Positions 40,170 through 50,308 of a stretch of DNA of 64,000 nt are shown here, piece after piece. Every line of letters starts with the position of its first letter. Within the stretch, counting starts at the first letter, position 1. The position numbers were made by a program, and so were the translations under genes. The notes under the pieces were generated by a model, which worked only from the letters and a program-made list of their open reading frames with translations, was not told the origin of the DNA and made no database searches. This stretch comes from Promethearchaeota archaeon (GTDB lineage: Archaea; Asgardarchaeota; Lokiarchaeia; Sigyniarchaeales; SOKP01): positions 288,001-352,000 of the forward strand of contig JBHLOY010000001.1 of the NCBI GenBank assembly GCA_048939995.1. Reading direction: 5' to 3'.

Positions 40170-41099
40170 TTGACAGATACAATTTTGATTACTGGAACTG
40201 ATGGTTTTATTGGCTCGTATTTGAAAGAATTCTTTGTTGAGAATGACTATAAAGTTATTGGAACCACTTTTATGAAAGAACCAGCTGAGAATGAAGTCAA
40301 AATTGATTTTCGTGAAAAGAGGGAATTTGAAAAATTACCAAAAAGTAATTATCCTACTATTATTAATACAGTTGGTATCGTAGATCAAACTGCTTCAAAA
40401 AAGACAATCATGAAAATAAATGCCAGAGGAACAAAATACATATGTGAATGGGCTTTAAATCATAATTGTCAACACTTTATCTTTATTAGTTCTGTATCAG
40501 CTTATGGAATCAAGCTTTTAGGAGAAAATCGCTCTGAAGAGAATACTAAAAGAAATAGGGGGATATTTGGAATTCCTTATATGAAATCAAAAGCAAAAGC
40601 AGAACGATATGTTGAAAGAAGTGGTTTGAATTATACTATTTTAAGATTACCCCCAGTTTTAGGTAAAGCTGATACTTATCTTTCTCCTTCTATTATCCCT
40701 AATCTACTTGACGGAACGTTTTATTATTGTGGTAACCAAGATCATAAATATTCCACGCTATATATAAAGAATCTTGGACCAATTCTTAAGAAGATCATTG
40801 AGAATCGCCCATCTTGTGACATATTTAATTGCACTGATTTTCAAATTACTTGGAGAGAACTAATAAAAGAGTATGCAAATATTTTAAATATTAATATTCT
40901 TGAACAAAATAAACCACTATTAAGCATTATTAGAAACTTTCATGACAAGCAGTATTTATTAATGATTTTGTTTAGTCGCTTTGGATGTCATTATCCAAAT
41001 GAAAAATTGAAAAACAAATATAATATTAATCCTATTTACTCATGGAAAGAAGGTGTTAAAGAAGCTGTTGATAATTATTTACTGGAGATTTTAAAGTAA
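40170..41099 (+). CDS. NAD-dependent epimerase/dehydratase (extended SDR)
   Basis: ITGTDGFIG, ISSVSAYG, YMKSK. Confidence 0.9.
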   Translation: MTDTILITGTDGFIGSYLKEFFVENDYKVIGTTFMKEPAENEVKIDFREKREFEKLPKSNYPTIINTVGIVDQTASKKTIMKINARGTKYICEWALNHNCQHFIFISSVSAYGIKLLGENRSEENTKRNRGIFGIPYMKSKAKAERYVERSGLNYTILRLPPVLGKADTYLSPSIIPNLLDGTFYYCGNQDHKYSTLYIKNLGPILKKIIENRPSCDIFNCTDFQITWRELIKEYANILNINILEQNKPLLSIIRNFHDKQYLLMILFSRFGCHYPNEKLKNKYNINPIYSWKEGVKEAVDNYLLEILK

Positions 41100-41291
41100 T
41101 CATATTTCATCAGTCACCTTTTAATTGAAAAATTATTTTATTTAAGAAAAAATATAATCCGTGATATCGCAATATACGAAAAGTGAATTGTTATAAAGTT
41201 ATATTTATATTATTAATATTATTTCAATGAGCTAGTCTACACTAATTAGCTTAAATTTAAATAAAACTATCATAAGATCGATGCTTTATTT

Positions 41292-41912
41292 ATGGTTCAA
41301 TTAAATAGGATCATTGAACAATTGAAAAAGATGCGAAATTTAATTCGCATAACAGTTGTGGGAGATGGAGCTGTAGGGAAGACCACATTGGTTCAAGCTA
41401 TTCTGAGAATCGCTCTAAATTGTGCTGAAAATCCCCCAATTACTAATTTTATGAATACAAAAAAAATAAACCGTACTCCTTTCATGGAGATAGAATCATG
41501 GAATTATAAAGATCTATTAATTCAATGCTATGATCTGGCAGGACAAAGGAGTCCAGGAGCTCATCCTTTAGATATTTTACAAAATCAAGTGATAAGTTCA
41601 ATTGATATTTTCATTTTTGTTTTTTCAGTCGATAGATATGAATCTTTTGAAAATCTTAATAATTGGATGACATTGATGCATTTGGATAATTCTTATGTCA
41701 ACAAAAATAAAACGGGATTAATTCTTGTTGGAAATAAGATAGATTTAGGCAGTAATGTATCGAAAGATTTAATCCAATCGATAGTAGGAGACAATAAGTA
41801 CTTTCATTCTTATGTAGAAACAAGTGCCACAAAAGGAATAGGAATTGATGAGTTATTGGATGGAATAGCAAATATCGGTAAAAACATTCTTAACACATAC
41901 ATGAAAGGCTAG
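41292..41912 (+). CDS. Ras-superfamily small GTPase
   Basis: GDGAVGKT, DLAGQ, GNKID, ETSAT. Confidence 0.92.
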   Translation: MVQLNRIIEQLKKMRNLIRITVVGDGAVGKTTLVQAILRIALNCAENPPITNFMNTKKINRTPFMEIESWNYKDLLIQCYDLAGQRSPGAHPLDILQNQVISSIDIFIFVFSVDRYESFENLNNWMTLMHLDNSYVNKNKTGLILVGNKIDLGSNVSKDLIQSIVGDNKYFHSYVETSATKGIGIDELLDGIANIGKNILNTYMKG

Positions 41913-41962
41913 TTCATAGCAATGAAGTAATCGATTTAACTACTTATAGATGATAACATTAT

Positions 41963-44182
41963 ATGACTGAAATAACCTGCAGGCTTTGTAATGAAAGTAT
42001 TAGTTTTAATATTGAAGATAAGGAGTCTTATTTACATAAAAGCGAAACTGGAAATCCAATAATTGGAAAATTGTATACAATACGAGTAGGACATCAATAC
42101 AAAAGAGGTTTAATACATATCAATGTAGTTGTTATTGATGAAAAGGGAGAGTATCGAGCCCATAAAGATTATTACGAAGAAAAGGAATTAAAGCAGAAAT
42201 CTTTTGACAAATGGGAAAGATTTTTGCACCAGATTCCAATAGAAATTAGATCTTATTTAACTTTAGCAAATGATAATGAAAAGAGAATCTTATCCTCAAT
42301 TACAGACCCGTTAAATAAGTCACCAACTGAATTGTATTATAATTTAGCAAGATTAAAACTCGAAAATCCATTTAGTCAGTTGTTAAGCTTTTTAGCTGTG
42401 AAATGGGGTTTTATAATTGGAACAGGAAAGTCACTTTTACAAGAGAATTATCTTTCTAATTCTTGGAGTTATCCAATATATTTACGTTTGCAAGCAAGAT
42501 TTTCCCCTAAGCCAGAACTGGTGGAGATCATAAAAGGCTTGGATTTTAGTTCAGCCCCAGCTTTAATGCAATTAGAAGTAGCAATTGCCAAAGCGGAAAT
42601 ATATCTTCGTTTAAGTGAATACAATTTATTAGAAGAATTATATAATGAGTCCTTAAAAAATTGGGGTCATGAGACGTCTATTGAAATGAAGAGTGGTTGG
42701 ATGTTAATTCAAGGGTATTATGGATTTGGTTTTTATTTTCTTGGAAATATAAATAAAGCTATAAAATTAATAGAACCTGCTTTTAATTTTGGACAAATAA
42801 TTGAGAATCGTGAAATAATTAATGTTGTGGGGAATTTTTATGCAGCAGTACTTCAGTCTAGCGGAGAGTTAGAAAAAACTCTGCAGACTTACCATATTGT
42901 TTTGAATGTGAGTGAGGATATGGGAGATGAGAGAACAAAAGCAGTAATCTCATCAAATATGTCTGTTGTTGAATCAAAACAAGGATTATATGATCAAGCT
43001 TTAGAGCGTCAGAGAGCTATTTTGGAATTACCCATTGTTAAGGATGAGTACTTTTTAAAAATGTCTCTCCAGAGTATTATAGCTGAGACTCTCTTTATTG
43101 CTGAGCATTATGAGGAATCAATAGACTTATGTAAGACTTTAATTTTTGACAGAAATATGCCTACAAATTATAAATTTGATACGCTTTCTACTCTTAAAAA
43201 GATTGCTGGTAAGACTGACTCTCCTGAATTATTAGAATTTGTTAAAAATCATTTAATAGATGATAAAGAATTTTTAGAATCTCCAGTTAATAAAATCTTT
43301 AATTATGATTTAAAGGCTATTGATGCTAAGCTGCAGGAAAAATGGGATGAATTGGTTGATTTGTTGAAGAAAGAACGCAAAATTATGTTTAGTAACAATT
43401 TAATTGAAGATGCTAGCGATATCGAAATTAGGCTCGCTGAAGGCTACTTTAAATTATACCAACAATTTGAAAAACTTGAGGATCTGAATCATGCATATAG
43501 TCACTTAGATCTTGCTAAGATGATTGCATTTGAACGTCAAAATTATTTAGACCTATGTAGATTAGAGATACTTAAGGGACTACTCGCAAACGAAAGCAAA
43601 GTAACTGATCAAGCAGAATTAAATCTAAAAAATGCGCTAAAAATTGCTCAAGAGCACAATTTGCAAAATCTAGAGCCCCAAATTGTTGAACAACTTGATC
43701 AATTAGATAAAGGAATAATTGAAAAATCAGCAAGTTCATTTCTACGAAAATTATTTAATAGATTATCATTCAGGAAAGCTGAAGAAGCAAAACCTAAACA
43801 AGAAGGTGTAGTGTATACAATTTTTGTTGCAAATCAAGATTCAACTTGGAAATTGGTATTACAGAATGAAAAAGTGGGATCTTCTGAATATACCCATTAT
43901 TTGTTAGGTTTTCGTGATTTGTGGGAACAATTAAGGAGAACTGATATTAATCAACCAAAAAATTACTTTAATACAGAAAAAGGAGCAGTTCTAATTGAGA
44001 ATTCTCCTAATTTTCAATTAATTACTCTATGCGATCAGTTGGATTATTTAACAAGATTAACTCTTCAAAATATTTTGCCCACATTAGAAGAGTTTTCATT
44101 TAAATATATTCCCGAAGAGTTGTCTCAAAAAGTACTGGAGCTTATAAATACTAATATCACAAAATTCATTAAAGTTGATTAA
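41963..44182 (+). CDS. TPR-repeat protein with N-terminal C2H2-like Zn domain and C-terminal longin/roadblock-like domain
   Basis: CRLC...H...H N-terminus; TPR-like helices (G.YDQALE, A...L..AL.IA); C-terminal beta-alpha-beta pattern. Confidence 0.7.
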   Translation: MTEITCRLCNESISFNIEDKESYLHKSETGNPIIGKLYTIRVGHQYKRGLIHINVVVIDEKGEYRAHKDYYEEKELKQKSFDKWERFLHQIPIEIRSYLTLANDNEKRILSSITDPLNKSPTELYYNLARLKLENPFSQLLSFLAVKWGFIIGTGKSLLQENYLSNSWSYPIYLRLQARFSPKPELVEIIKGLDFSSAPALMQLEVAIAKAEIYLRLSEYNLLEELYNESLKNWGHETSIEMKSGWMLIQGYYGFGFYFLGNINKAIKLIEPAFNFGQIIENREIINVVGNFYAAVLQSSGELEKTLQTYHIVLNVSEDMGDERTKAVISSNMSVVESKQGLYDQALERQRAILELPIVKDEYFLKMSLQSIIAETLFIAEHYEESIDLCKTLIFDRNMPTNYKFDTLSTLKKIAGKTDSPELLEFVKNHLIDDKEFLESPVNKIFNYDLKAIDAKLQEKWDELVDLLKKERKIMFSNNLIEDASDIEIRLAEGYFKLYQQFEKLEDLNHAYSHLDLAKMIAFERQNYLDLCRLEILKGLLANESKVTDQAELNLKNALKIAQEHNLQNLEPQIVEQLDQLDKGIIEKSASSFLRKLFNRLSFRKAEEAKPKQEGVVYTIFVANQDSTWKLVLQNEKVGSSEYTHYLLGFRDLWEQLRRTDINQPKNYFNTEKGAVLIENSPNFQLITLCDQLDYLTRLTLQNILPTLEEFSFKYIPEELSQKVLELINTNITKFIKVD

Positions 44183-44226
44183 AATATTTAATAAATAAAT
44201 AATGGAATAAAATTTGGTCTTATAAT

Positions 44227-45243
44227 ATGGAACCAAACATTGCAGCCTTAAATGCCCTCAAATATGTTTTAGAAGCAAAACCAGGTGAATCAATACTTAT
44301 TATTTCTGATGATGTGAAAAAAGAAGTAGGTCAAGCATTTGCTAAAGGAGCGATTGAATTAGGCTTATGGACTCGCTTGGTCATTTTAAATACAGAATTA
44401 AACTTATTCAGAACAGAAATTCCAAGTAATTTGTTAGAAATGTTAAACTCATCTTATAAACCAGACATTTATATTAACACGTTAAGAGATACGGCTAAAG
44501 AAACCCCATTCAGAATTAAAATTATTCAATTACAAACTCGAAAGCACTTATCCCGATTGGGTCATTGTCCTGGTATAACAATGGATATGTTATCAGAGGG
44601 AGCTTTATCCCTTTCAAAAGAAGAGCATACTGAAATGCAAAATAACGCTCGAAATCTATTAAATATATTGCAAGATGTTGATAAGGTCCTTGTGAAGGCC
44701 CCAGCAGGTTCAAATTTTGAATTGAGTGTTCAAGAACGTACATGGTTTAGTGACACCTTCCTTAATTGGAAGGAGATGAAATGGATGAATTTACCTACTG
44801 GTGAAGTTCTTGTAGGCCCTATTGAAAATTCTATGAATGGAACGTTGGTATGTGATTTAGCTATAGGTGGTATTGGGCCTATTAAGAAGCAAGTGAAGTT
44901 AGAGGTCCAAGATGGACGTGTTGAGAAAATTGAAAGTGATGATAAGGATGTCCTAAAGATAGTAAAAGAAACTCAAGCTACTGATGAGATGGCAAAGTAT
45001 ATAGGGGAATTTGCTTTTGGTCTCAATCCTAAAGCCAGACTAGTAGAACAATTTCTTGAATCAGAAAAAGTGGGAAATGCAGTACATGTTGCTTTCGGCA
45101 ATAATATAGATTATCCAGGGGTAGTAGCAAATAATTCAGCAAATCATCAAGATTTTCTAATTAATAAACCATCAGTAGATATTATCTACTCTAATGGCCG
45201 TTCTCGAAGAGTGATGGAAAAAGGTAAACTATCTTTAAAATGA
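44227..45243 (+). CDS. Aminopeptidase, M29/thermophilic metalloprotease family
   Basis: NLPTGEV..GP, IGEFAFGLNP, ESEK, HVAFGNN, HQD. Confidence 0.88.
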   Translation: MEPNIAALNALKYVLEAKPGESILIISDDVKKEVGQAFAKGAIELGLWTRLVILNTELNLFRTEIPSNLLEMLNSSYKPDIYINTLRDTAKETPFRIKIIQLQTRKHLSRLGHCPGITMDMLSEGALSLSKEEHTEMQNNARNLLNILQDVDKVLVKAPAGSNFELSVQERTWFSDTFLNWKEMKWMNLPTGEVLVGPIENSMNGTLVCDLAIGGIGPIKKQVKLEVQDGRVEKIESDDKDVLKIVKETQATDEMAKYIGEFAFGLNPKARLVEQFLESEKVGNAVHVAFGNNIDYPGVVANNSANHQDFLINKPSVDIIYSNGRSRRVMEKGKLSLK

Positions 45244-45302
45244 ATTTTTCCTGTTATAATTAATGTTATAATTTCCACTATAGAACAAGATAATAAATCA
45301 GT

Positions 45303-45737
45303 TTATAGAGGTTCTCTTACTAAATAGTAGGTTTTTTCAGAATTACATTTTGGACATATAGTTTTGCTTTCCCTTGAAGCTGTTTTATCTTCCCACTCTT
45401 CATTACAATTTAAACATCCATATCCAATAAAACCTTTTTTAACGTCAACATTACCACCATATACCGTAATAAATTTTCCCTCCATTAAGGCTTGGGTTAC
45501 TTTTTGATGAGCTCCCTCTAGTATTCTAGAAAAAGTAGGTTGAGATACTCCCATCTTTTCAGCAGAATCTTTTTGATTCAACTTGATATAATGTTTGAGG
45601 CGTAAAGCCTCAAATTCAGCCATATTTATAACTACTTGATTTTCAGATGGGCGTTTCTCTATCATCCTATGAAAATACTGATTATCAGGGGGGTTTTTTA
45701 TCATTCTCATTCTTGTTCGGCGGCCCATAATAATCAC
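45303..45737 (-). CDS. DUF134 HTH protein with C-terminal Zn ribbon
   Basis: EFEALRL..Y..L.Q..SAEKMGVSQPTFSRIL; CLNC...CPKC. Confidence 0.88.
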   Translation of the reverse strand: MIIMGRRTRMRMIKNPPDNQYFHRMIEKRPSENQVVINMAEFEALRLKHYIKLNQKDSAEKMGVSQPTFSRILEGAHQKVTQALMEGKFITVYGGNVDVKKGFIGYGCLNCNEEWEDKTASRESKTICPKCNSEKTYYLVREPL

Positions 45738-45925
45738 TATTATATTATTTATATTTGAAATATTTATTCATTTACTTATTCAAATTTCTTATAATAATAA
45801 TGAAAATTTTAATCCTTTGTTTTTGAATCATAATCACTTTAATTGATTCTCAGATTCATCATTATATTTAAAAATACATAAATCTAATCTATATCTAATT
45901 TTAATAAAAAAAAGAGACAAAATAT

Positions 45926-47314
45926 ATGACCGAAAAAGAAGTTGAAATACATCACTCAAAGAAAAACATGGCATCATATGGATTTGCGAAATTTTTAAGT
46001 GAATTTATAGAGATGGCTTTTGCGACCTGGGCATTTGCTTATTATCAAAGTGTACTTGGATTACATCCAATCTATGTGGGAGTAGGATTTGCATTATTCG
46101 CTATTTGGAATGCTGTCAATGACCCTCTTTTAGGTTTTATCACAAATAGACCTTTTAAATTTACTAGAAAGTGGGGACGTAGGTTTCCTTGGATTATAAT
46201 CGGAGGTATTCCTTATATCTTAAGTTATACATTAATTTTTTTACCTATAAATGTAGATCCTGTGTCTGATGCGTGGATACTTTTTGTCTGGCTAATTTTT
46301 TCTACATGCCTATACGACACTTTTAATTCAATATTTTTTATAAACTATGTATCTTTATTTCCTGATAAATTTCGCTCTGTGAAAGAACGTAGAACTGCAA
46401 CAGCAATACAAACACCTATTGGAATCATTGGTATTGCTCTGGGCTTTCTTATACCGCCATTAATAGTTGATGATGCCTTTCCCTTTACTTTTATCATTCA
46501 AGGAGCAATAATTAGTGCGATAGGTCTAGAAGTATTAGCTTTAGCAATACCAGGATGTACAGAAGACCAAATAACTATTGATAAATATCTGAATAAACAT
46601 AAAGATTATGTTAAAGAGACGTCATTCTTTAAATCATTAAAAACAGCGTTTAAACAAAAAAACTTTGTGATTTTCATTATTAGTTACACACTATATCGTT
46701 TTCTAATTATCTCTATTCAAGCATCTATTTATTACGTAGTTACATTTATCATGGGCGAACAAGAAGAAATAATGACTTATCTTTCAGCGAGTTTTCTTAT
46801 AGGGGCACTATTCAGCTCCCCTCTATGGGCTTTATTGGCACAAAAAACAAATAATAATAAAAAAGTTATGGTTATTTCAAGTTTTGTGCTCGTAGCTACT
46901 ACAATTCCATTAATGTTTATTGATAACTGGGTTTTTATGCTTTTTCCGATCGTTTTATGGGGTGTAGGGGAAGGTGGATACTGGGCGATGATAGCTCCAG
47001 TGTTAGGTGATGTAATTGATGAGAGTGTTACTCTCACTAAAAAGAGAGAAGAGGGATTATATAATGGGTTTCTTCAGTTCTTTGGTAGACTTGGGCTTCT
47101 TATGCAAGCTGCTTCTTTTACAATCATTATGCTTATAACCTCATTCCATGTCGATCCTTATTCTGGATCTGCTCTTTTCGGAATAGACCTCTTTTTTGCC
47201 TTAATTCCTGGAGTTGCAATGCTGATTGGTAGCATTATATTTCTAAAATATTTCAAACTAACTCCTGATAAAGTTAAAGAAAATCAAGAAATAGTTAAAA
47301 AATTAGGATTGTAA
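45926..47314 (+). CDS. MFS transporter, glycoside-pentoside-hexuronide (MelB-like) family
   Basis: WNAVNDPLLG, TRKWGRRFPWI, DVIDE, REEGLY. Confidence 0.92.
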   Translation: MTEKEVEIHHSKKNMASYGFAKFLSEFIEMAFATWAFAYYQSVLGLHPIYVGVGFALFAIWNAVNDPLLGFITNRPFKFTRKWGRRFPWIIIGGIPYILSYTLIFLPINVDPVSDAWILFVWLIFSTCLYDTFNSIFFINYVSLFPDKFRSVKERRTATAIQTPIGIIGIALGFLIPPLIVDDAFPFTFIIQGAIISAIGLEVLALAIPGCTEDQITIDKYLNKHKDYVKETSFFKSLKTAFKQKNFVIFIISYTLYRFLIISIQASIYYVVTFIMGEQEEIMTYLSASFLIGALFSSPLWALLAQKTNNNKKVMVISSFVLVATTIPLMFIDNWVFMLFPIVLWGVGEGGYWAMIAPVLGDVIDESVTLTKKREEGLYNGFLQFFGRLGLLMQAASFTIIMLITSFHVDPYSGSALFGIDLFFALIPGVAMLIGSIIFLKYFKLTPDKVKENQEIVKKLGL

Positions 47315-47413
47315 CTCATCTTAAAATCTTTTTTTTTTCAGATTGATAATTTTAAAAAATAATCTTATCTAAAAAGATTATAAGAATTAAATAAAAATTA
47401 GTAAATAACATAA

Positions 47414-48529
47414 ATCATTACTTGGTGGGTCAAAATTCGGTATATTGAATATCAAATAATAATTGGAGATGCACCTCCTGGAATAATAATTGAGGATATT
47501 AAAAATAGTGCTACTCCCGGAAGAATTGATCATATTGAGGAATATATTAATGAAGCAAAAAAGGAAGCAAAACTCTTCCCTAAGGGGATCATTCATCATC
47601 TCTCAACAGAAGCTTATGCTTGGAATTTTTCTTTAATCTATAAAGCCAATAATTTTGATGTTATAAAATGGAAAACTGCTTTCTCTTGGAAAGAACTCAT
47701 CGACGAAGAAAAAAATAAATCATATGAACTTGAAAAGGGCTTATTTATAGGGGTTGTTGCGGGAGTTTTCTTTTTTTTAATAGATGAAAACATCGATAGA
47801 AATTATATAAGATTAGCAGAGATGATTGACGTATTTATTCAAAAGACAAATCAAGAAGCCCCCTTTTTAGTTTATGGATTCTTAGAAAATAAAGAAAAGG
47901 CTGCCAAATTAAAGGCAAATAAAGAGATGCTAGAAAATCTTGCGGACATAAAGGCATTAGTATCCAAGTATGGTGGCGAATTCAAACTTGAAAATTTGAA
48001 AGAAATTAAAATGAACTTGCCTTTCTTAATTAGGGAATATTCACATTATTTTTTAACTCATTTTAAGTCAATATCTTCAAACTATTCAGATCTTAAACTT
48101 AATCAGGTTTTTTTCTTAGATTATGAGGATCTGACAGCCTTAAAAGAAATTGAATTATCTCTTAGTGAAGAATTACAGACTGGTCAGACCGTGGATGAAT
48201 TACTATCTGAATTATTTTTTAAGTATTTAAAACAATATCAGGAAAAAATAGAAGTAATTTTAGAAACTTCCAAATCTGAAAAAATTCAAAGACCAATTCT
48301 TAATAAAACTGAAGTAATTAAGGTAATCATTGAAGAAATTAAGAAAGGCATTAGAAGACAATGCCCTAATTGTCTGAATAATGATAGGAATAAAATAAGA
48401 GAAGTAATTGACCGTGAGAATGTTATAATGGAGAATCCCAACATATATGGTTTTAAATATATTTGCGGGATGTGTGGTCATGAGTTTACTAAAAGAGAGA
48501 TGATTAAAAAAGTCGAGAAACAAGAATAA
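47414..48529 (+). CDS. Hypothetical protein with C-terminal Zn ribbon; frame open 136 codons upstream of tracked ATG 47822
   Basis: Stop-free from 47414 with no ATG/GTG/TTG until 47822; CPNC...CGMCGHEF; exact start uncertain. Confidence 0.7.
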   Translation: MITWWVKIRYIEYQIIIGDAPPGIIIEDIKNSATPGRIDHIEEYINEAKKEAKLFPKGIIHHLSTEAYAWNFSLIYKANNFDVIKWKTAFSWKELIDEEKNKSYELEKGLFIGVVAGVFFFLIDENIDRNYIRLAEMIDVFIQKTNQEAPFLVYGFLENKEKAAKLKANKEMLENLADIKALVSKYGGEFKLENLKEIKMNLPFLIREYSHYFLTHFKSISSNYSDLKLNQVFFLDYEDLTALKEIELSLSEELQTGQTVDELLSELFFKYLKQYQEKIEVILETSKSEKIQRPILNKTEVIKVIIEEIKKGIRRQCPNCLNNDRNKIREVIDRENVIMENPNIYGFKYICGMCGHEFTKREMIKKVEKQE

Positions 48530-48540
48530 ATATTTTAAGG

Positions 48541-49725
48541 GTGGACAACATTCAGATAAAATATGCTAATCGGTTAGAACGTTTACCTAAGTATATTTTT
48601 GCTGCTATTGAAGAATTAAAGGAGCAAAAAAGAAGAGTAGGTATGGATTTAATATCCCTTGGGATTGGAGATCCAGATTTACCCACGCCAGAACTAATTA
48701 TTAATGAATTAATTCAACAGGTAAAAATATCTAAAAATCAGAACTATCCTTCAAGTATGGGTGAAAGTGATTTTAGGGAAGCTGTTGCAAGATGGAATAA
48801 AGTGAGATACTCTATAAATTTAGATCCCGCAACAGAAGTATCACATGTTTTGGGTGGTAAAGAAGGAGTAGCAAATATCGCAAGAGCTTTTATCAACCCA
48901 GGAGATTTAGTCTTATGTCCAAATCCAGGATACCCTGTTTATGAAAATGGAGCGACAAAATTGTGTGATGGAGAACCATATTTACTCCCTTTAACTAAAG
49001 ATAATGGTTTTTTACCTGATATTGAATCAGTCGATACTAAGCTTCTTAAAAGAGCAAAAATAATGTACTTAAATTATCCAAATAATCCCACAGGGGCAAT
49101 TGTTTCTGAAGAATTTTTAAAGAAAATAGTGGATTATGCGGAGGATTATAAATTCATCATAATCTACGACAATCCTTATTCTGAATTCACTTTTGATGAT
49201 TACATCGCACCGTCTCTTCTGCAGTTTAGTTTAGATCATGTTGAGATCAACAGTGCCTCAAAAATGTTTAATATGACAGGTTTCCGATGTGGCTGGATTG
49301 CGGGAAATGCGGATATTATTGAGGGTTTAAGAAATATAAAATCTCAAATCGATTCAGGAGGTCCAATCTTTATTCAAAAGGCAGTAATTAAAGGCCTTAA
49401 TGAATATAATTCTAATAAAAAACCCTTGATCGTCTCAGAAATCATGGAAGTCTATGAAAAAAGGCGAGATCTTTTAGTAAAAGGTCTTAATAACATGGGT
49501 TGGAAAACTGACACTCCTAAAGCGACATTTTATGTTTGGACACAAATACCAAAAGAAGAAGGAAGCAGTATGGAATTTACAAAGAGATTAATAAATGCCG
49601 GGGTAATTGTCACACCTGGTATTGGATTTGGAAAATATGGAGAAGGATTTGTTAGATTTGCATTAACTCAACCTCCTGAGAAAATAAAGGAAGCTTTAAA
49701 AAGAATTGAAAAAGTAATTAAATAA
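48541..49725 (+). CDS. Class I/II PLP aminotransferase (LL-diaminopimelate aminotransferase-like)
   Basis: LGIGDPDLPTP, GGKEG, NYPNNPTG, SASKMFNMTGFRCG, PGIGFG..GEGFVRFAL. Confidence 0.88.
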   Translation: MDNIQIKYANRLERLPKYIFAAIEELKEQKRRVGMDLISLGIGDPDLPTPELIINELIQQVKISKNQNYPSSMGESDFREAVARWNKVRYSINLDPATEVSHVLGGKEGVANIARAFINPGDLVLCPNPGYPVYENGATKLCDGEPYLLPLTKDNGFLPDIESVDTKLLKRAKIMYLNYPNNPTGAIVSEEFLKKIVDYAEDYKFIIIYDNPYSEFTFDDYIAPSLLQFSLDHVEINSASKMFNMTGFRCGWIAGNADIIEGLRNIKSQIDSGGPIFIQKAVIKGLNEYNSNKKPLIVSEIMEVYEKRRDLLVKGLNNMGWKTDTPKATFYVWTQIPKEEGSSMEFTKRLINAGVIVTPGIGFGKYGEGFVRFALTQPPEKIKEALKRIEKVIK

Positions 49726-49743
49726 AAATAAAATATTAATTTA

Positions 49744-49929
49744 TTATTTCTTTTTTGAATATTTACTCCTAAGGTATCCAATTCTTCTCTGATCCTCAAT
49801 TTCTATCTTTCCTTCTGAGGAATCAAAGTAGTCTAAAGAAATCATAACAGGAGCCCTATCAGAATCCCAATTTTTATAATAATCTAATATCATTTTAGGA
49901 TCTAAATTCTCTGCCGCCTTCCTCTGCAT
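49744..49929 (-). CDS. 61-aa hypothetical protein
   Basis: ATG at 49929 follows a perfect GGAGGTGA RBS; the tracked GTG at 49938 lies inside the RBS. Confidence 0.75.
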   Translation of the reverse strand: MQRKAAENLDPKMILDYYKNWDSDRAPVMISLDYFDSSEGKIEIEDQRRIGYLRSKYSKKK

Positions 49930-49959
49930 TTTTTTCACCTCCTTTTGTTTATTTATTTA

Positions 49960-50167
49960 TCACGCAGAGAGAGAAACCCTACCCCAACCTCTTTCTTAAA
50001 ATGTAGTAAAATATTATGTTGAGAGAACAAATCCCAAAAAATTATTAGAAAAAGGTCAGAAAAAGGGGTTTATTCTCTCTTCATAACACTACAACTGGGA
50101 TAAAGGCTCTCTTATAGCCTCCCCATGAGATTGTAGTATTATGTTGTGAAAATATCATTTTTATTGT
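49960..50167 (-). promoter_or_regulatory. Candidate bistable structured 5' leader (riboswitch/attenuator-like)
   Basis: Mutually exclusive long helices with G-U pairs favouring the minus strand; TATA-like TTTATAAG at 50197-50190. Confidence 0.55.
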
Positions 50168-50308
50168 TAGAAATATGAAATCGTGTAAACTTATAAATTT
50201 ACCCATTTCATTCCCATTTGTTAAATTATCCCGACATTTGACTACACAGTTTTGTATAAATCATATTGTTTAAGAATTCTTTAAAGAGACTAATAATTTT
50301 AATGAATT

